64,000 nt of DNA from Kondoa subrosea (Eukaryota), in contig BCIN01000004.1 in NCBI GenBank assembly GCA_039545335.1, forward strand, positions 1,478,925-1,542,924. The letters are read 5' to 3'. The notes below the pieces were generated by a model. That model did not search any database, was not told the DNA's origin, and saw nothing but the letters and a program-made list of their open reading frames with translations. This document shows positions 59,157-64,000 of the stretch, in pieces; within the stretch, counting starts at the first letter, position 1, and every line of letters starts with the position of its first letter. Position numbers and translations under genes: made by a program.

Positions 59157-60551
59157 ATGCTGCGACTTTCTAGCGAAATTCTTCAGCTCATAGCTGAGAA
59201 TCTTGAAGGTCATCGAACGGACAGTCTTGCAACTCTTGGACACTTTTCAAGAGTTAGTACCTTGTGCAGAAACGTCGCGCTTCCACTTCTTTACCGCGGT
59301 CAGTAACAATTTTGCATGGCAAGCTTGTTCTGATCGATCTTTGCAGACATCTCAGCCTCAAAGCTCGCTTCTCCTAAACTGCTGCGGACTCTACTTCATC
59401 GACCTGAATACGGGAGATTAGTGAAGGCTGTCGCGTAAGGAGTCGGATGCACCGCAGTACTACGATATCTAATACTATTGCAATCAGTTGGGTGCTAGGA
59501 CCTGCAGATGCAATTGGCAGCTTTTGGACCATGTCAGCTGAAAAGGAAAGCCTGCTCAAGAGCAACGTTGTCGATCCGGCTCAGATCTCTCTAGCAATTC
59601 TCCGACACTGTCCCAACATCGTCAGAATTGGCTTCTTCCTGTCTCCACCGGGTCAGCCTGGATACACTGGAGAAGCTCATGCCAATCTTTCGTCTGAGCT
59701 CTGCCGGATGCCAGCGATCAGATCGATCAAAGGCGTCAGTATCATGGCGCTAGGCTATCAGCAAGCTCCTACTATCTCTCATCTCTATTTCTTCCTCTGT
59801 GCTCTGCCGAATCTCAATCAGTTGAACTTCAAAAATGTTCTCTTACCGCACTGTGATGCTCAATCGCCTTGGTATTTACCTCCTGCTCAGCTCACCAAGC
59901 TAGACATCGATTTTAGCGCCGTCGTTAGTTCCGGAAGCTTGACTCATCTTCTGGCCAACGCAGCCAGCACTCTCGATCATTTGGTAATCACTGGTCTTCT
60001 AATTTCGCCTTTGGATCTTCTCACTGCATTCACTGTCGGTGCATACACTTCTGAAAGGCTTCGATTCCCAAACTTGAAAACCTTTCAAGCAAATCACTTG
60101 GCAATGTCTATGTGGGCCGCAATGGATTGGCTTCAATTGCTAAACACTTTTCCTAATCTTCAAAGTTTGGCACTCATGTTCAATTGTATTGTGAGTTGGC
60201 CTTTTCCCATGAAGCAGAATATCGCGTTATTCATAAGATATTCAAAAGTTTGGCGTCTACCCGAACTATCTTCAACCTTTGGCAACAGCTCTTTGTGAAG
60301 CTCGTTGTGGTCCAACTCTTCGATGCTTGGGTATCAAGACTAATTCGCCCCTTTCGAGCAGTACTCTTTCCTCCATTTTCAGCAGCGCTCGTCAATGCCC
60401 TCAATTAAAACGATTGTTTCTTCAAGCTACAACCTACAGCAAGGACGAATTGATTCAGTTGTGGTACGATTCGGGCCTAGGAACTTGGGATGAAAATCAG
60501 GAGGTGCAGTATGCTGGACAGGTTTTCAGAGCTGAATTAGCTGCACTGTAA
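59157..60551 (+). CDS. F-box protein with LRR-like C-terminal repeats
   Basis: MLRLSSEILQLIAENL...FSRVSTLCRNVALPLLYR..LLRTL..RPEYGRLVK; repeats LPNLNQLNF, FPNLKTF, FPNLQSLAL, CPQLKRLFL. Confidence 0.75.
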
Positions 60552-60787
60552 GGTTCCTTTGGTCGTTGGCAAACGCTGTGAGCTAATCCAACCATGTATA
60601 AGTAAACACTGGGGAGAGATCTGTCGCTTGCCCTGGTCGTTGGGTATCCAGCGCAACGGTAGAACCTATTTCTTCACCAGCGAAATGTATCGTCCGGAAG
60701 TCAAGGAAGAGAAGTGACGTCCTTACACTCAACGGAAGCATGGATTGATTGAGATGTGAAAGCTTGATGCAAAAATTACAGTTACAA

Positions 60788-63700
60788 TTAGATGGGTGCG
60801 TTACGAACAAAGGACAAAGATCCTAGACAGAACCCTACTAGCTTGCCTATCCGTTCTGTTTCACGATCTTGTTCCGCCGAGAGGATGCGCAGAGCTTCAA
60901 TAGCTTGCTTGTCATCTAGCAGTGCTTCACCTTGAACGCGAAGAAAGACAGCGAGAACGGATTGAACAGCTTCGAAATCTTTATGCGAGCGGAGACGAGC
61001 TGTGAGTGCGTCGATAAAAGTAGAGAGATGATCAATGCTGAGCGAGCGCAACTCGAGATCAAGACTCGATGGCGGGAGAGCCAACAGCTGTGTGAAGAAG
61101 TTCTCATCTGTGAGAATTAATCAGTTTGAGATCGTTCTCAATATGTTGCATTAGCTTACAATCACCACCTTGTGCTTCGCTGCGCAAAGCTTGCACGACA
61201 TCGCTGTCTACATTGAGGGATGAAAAACCGACTCGAGAATCGGCTTGCATGTCTTCTTTGCTTGAGCCAGTAGTCAGGTCGAATCGCTGTTCCGTGCCTG
61301 GTAGAGAGGGAAGGAAGAATGGTGCGTTTTCGGGCGCTTTAGGTGCTTCTTTTGGTTTGTTGCGAGCCTGCATCGCTGTTATGAGTGGTCTCGCATTCAA
61401 CGTGTCCGAACTCACTCGTATCGTATCGAGATTCAACAAAGTCTGCCATTTTGTCCGTGGCAAAAGCGAAAGTGAGATCAAGCCATTAGAAAGTTGTTCT
61501 GAGCCAGAAGGTAAATCAAGAGCAGGTGCATCTTCTTCCAAATCAGAAATGTCTATCCACTCATCAGTGATCTACCACGCTCGAGTCACGAAGAGGTTTA
61601 CCTTCTTCGTCATCATCCTCGCCTTGTATAGTCGGTAAAGCTAATTCTGGTATTTCATCTTCCTGCGCAAAAGTCTTGAACGACACTTCAGTCAATTGAG
61701 CCCGATTTGCCCTGAATGTCGCTCAATTGCAGTCCCAGCTGTATACAGACGATGGCTTACCATAAGAAAACACCCATCTTATCAACATGTGCCGTAGCTA
61801 GAAAGTCGCCAGTAGGTGAGAAACTCAAGCTCACTGCTGTACTTGGTGTTCTGAATGCGTCAATAAGTCGACCGGTAGGTAAGTCGAAAGTCCTGATGAC
61901 AGAGTCGGATGATGAGACGACAAGCCAACGAGAATCAGCGGAAAAGGCCTGTAGATTGGATGAGCTCTTCTAATGGAAAAACACATTGCTTTACTGACAA
62001 GATCGAGGATTCGACCGCGGAAAGCATTGAGTTCTCTGATCGTCCGCCGTGTTTCGATATCTACGATTCGGACGACCATGTCTTCGCAAGTGACAGCTAA
62101 TAGGTTGTTATCTCTGTTGAGTAGCATAGAAGTGATGCCCGCCGGCAGTGAGTGAGGTTTCTGAATGAGTTTGGTTGTATGAAAGTCGAAGAACTGTCAT
62201 GAGACTTCAATTTCCGAACCTTACTGATAGTTGATTCAGGCGCTCACAAATAGATTCCCAGCTAAAGTAGAAACAACAAGACTTTTGTTGAGCGCATCGA
62301 GCACTATACCGGTTATATGCGAATCTCTCGAAAGATTTTGGACGTCCGGTAAAGTGAATGTCCGCCTTCTGATACCGGATTGCATGTTCCAGAGACCAAT
62401 TTCAGGCGAGTTAGCGAATCCAGCGAGGCCAAAATTCCCACAAGCAGAAATGCAGATCGCCTGTTCGTCCAACAAAAACATCAATCGAGTGACAATCTCA
62501 CTTATGATGTGATGAAACGAACAGTAGCGTTCCCAGCTTCACCACTCTTATCTAATGCATTCTTCCCACTCCCGCTCTTCTTGGACTTTGTATCCATATT
62601 GGAGAAATTGTAATCGCCTTTCCTCTTGTTTGCAGTGGACCAACTTCTAGCCGTTCCTTCGCCTTGATGAGTAGTAAGCATATCATCCCAGTCCCTACTT
62701 CTAGCTTCCGAAAACGATAAAGAAGTAATAGGTGGAAACCGATGTGCAAAAGAAGAAGATTTAACTTTTTTCTTTGTACTTGCTAATTCGAAAGATCTGG
62801 AATCTCTAACGATTGAAGTAGATCTTAAAGCTTGATCACCTTCTCCACCAGCGGTTAAAAGAGTTTTCCCATCTTTACCAAAATATCTAACAAGACAAGG
62901 TGGTGCTTGATGACCTGATCTTTCTCTTAACAATCTGGCTGGAGTAGTAGGTGAATCAAAAATCCATTGACGTAAAGCGTTGTCTGAACCGGAAGTGACC
63001 ATGATTGGTTGACCAGGTAAGAATTGAACGCTACCAACTGGTGATGCATGAGCTTTCATTGTATGTAGCAATCGACCTGGAATCAGATCATCTTCTGGAC
63101 CTGTATCCAAATCCCAAAGAGCTATTGATCCATCGGAAGAAGCTGTTGCTAGAGTATGTGCGAGGTTATCGGTACGGAAGGAAATGGAAGTGATACCGTC
63201 TGGAGTAACTGTATTCTGGGATGCAGAAGGAGTGAAGTCCATCTTGAGGTGAAGAAGAGTTTCGCCCAAGCGAATGTCTTTGACAATGATATCGCCTGTT
63301 GTATATCCTACTGCTACTACATCTACAGCTGGTGATTGGGCAAGAGAAGTGATTGACGCTTTGTCCAGTTCAGCTTCGTATGTATGTATAAGAGAACTAG
63401 TCGAAGCGAGTCAGCCTATGTTCTGCTGTATTTGATCGGAACATACCAAGTTTGAATGTTCCACAAAGCAAGAGCGCCTTCTCTAGAGCTAACTAGAACT
63501 TTGTTGAGATAGGTAGCGGGATGTATGACTCCATTTGCGGTGAAACCAGAAGGGAAAGTAATTGTCGTATGTAACTCTTTGAGCATCCCAAGCGTGAGAA
63601 AAGTAGATAAGAACTCGGCTAAAGATGGACTCACCACCACTCTCTATATCCCAAATCCACATTTCTTCCCCTGAAGCATCCATAGCGAGCATTTTATCTC

Positions 63701-64000
63701 CCAAAACCAAAAGTTTGCTGATCTTCTTGTTCTTCGAAGAACCAGCAGGGATAGTCAACTTGGCTATCCTTTTCCCCCTCAAATACTGATACACGCTATC
63801 ACCACTTGCAGCCCAAACATAATCCCCATTAAGCTCAACAGACGAAATGTCCTCATCACCATCTACAGCTGGACTTCCAACAAAACGCAACAGAATAGAT
63901 TGACCAGACCAGAGTGCCCAACTTTGTCCGGTGCATGTTAAGTAAGAGAATTCAGCTTTGTGTTGTCCGCGAGCTGTACGAAGTTGATAGGCAAAGGGTA
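60788..64000 (-). CDS. UTP21: U3 snoRNP / SSU processome WD40 protein Utp21 (WDR36), 5' end truncated by the window
   Basis: HPATYLNKVL, QSPAVDVVAVG, RSGHQAPP, ISACGNFG, LSLLPRTKWQTLLNLDTIRARNKPKEAPKAPENAPFFLP, PPSSLDLELRSL. Confidence 0.95.

Noticed and set aside
60184..60298. Apparent frameshift in the F-box gene
   Set aside because: An intron from GTATTG (about 60186) to CATAAG (60237) restores the frame (N-Y-I-Q-K-F...).
135..63890. Many 60-170 aa ORFs antisense to or overlapping the called genes
   Set aside because: Shadow ORFs of real exons or intron read-through, with no independent motifs.
1..64000. CRISPR arrays, rRNA, transposase/RT genes, telomeric repeats, TGA-CTA readthrough PTS1 extensions
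   Set aside because: None seen on reading. The stop-codon contexts I checked (NEO1, PAN6, RPA3, RIB5, TIP41, PAQR, transporter, deaminase) lack the readthrough motif.

Overview
Gene-dense, intron-rich eukaryotic DNA from a fungus. Introns are mostly about 45-65 nt (GT-AG with several GC-AG) and intergenic spacers are often under 250 nt. Gene content and style suggest a basidiomycete, probably a Pucciniomycotina yeast; this placement is an inference. I reconstructed about 29 protein-coding loci by manual splicing. Housekeeping genes: NEO1-type P4-ATPase, TIM13, a Tra2/SR-like RRM protein, PAQR/IZH, a GDP-fucose-type transporter, RPA3, PAN6, TIP41, RIB5, NTM1, VPS23, PFS2, a BTB protein, ITFG1/LINKIN and partial UTP21. 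Accessory genes: a PL38-like lyase, a multicopper oxidase, a PTS1-bearing reductase, a Kex2-site-rich secreted protein, an ADA2-like deaminase, a C2H2 transcription factor, a frameshifted alpha/beta-hydrolase, a CYSTM protein, an F-box protein and several orphans. The best lead is a secreted histidine-brace, LPMO-like protein (57101-58664) that the ORF track barely shows. It does not fit the usual fungal AA9/AA11 signatures, and its second putative copper-ligand His lies on a 6-nt, frame-preserving micro-exon. The second lead is an intron-poor coiled-coil orphan split across two frames (16118-17051), which could be an endogenous mycovirus-derived gene. I found no tRNA, rRNA, CRISPR array or transposon. 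Exon boundaries were read by eye and no database searches were run.
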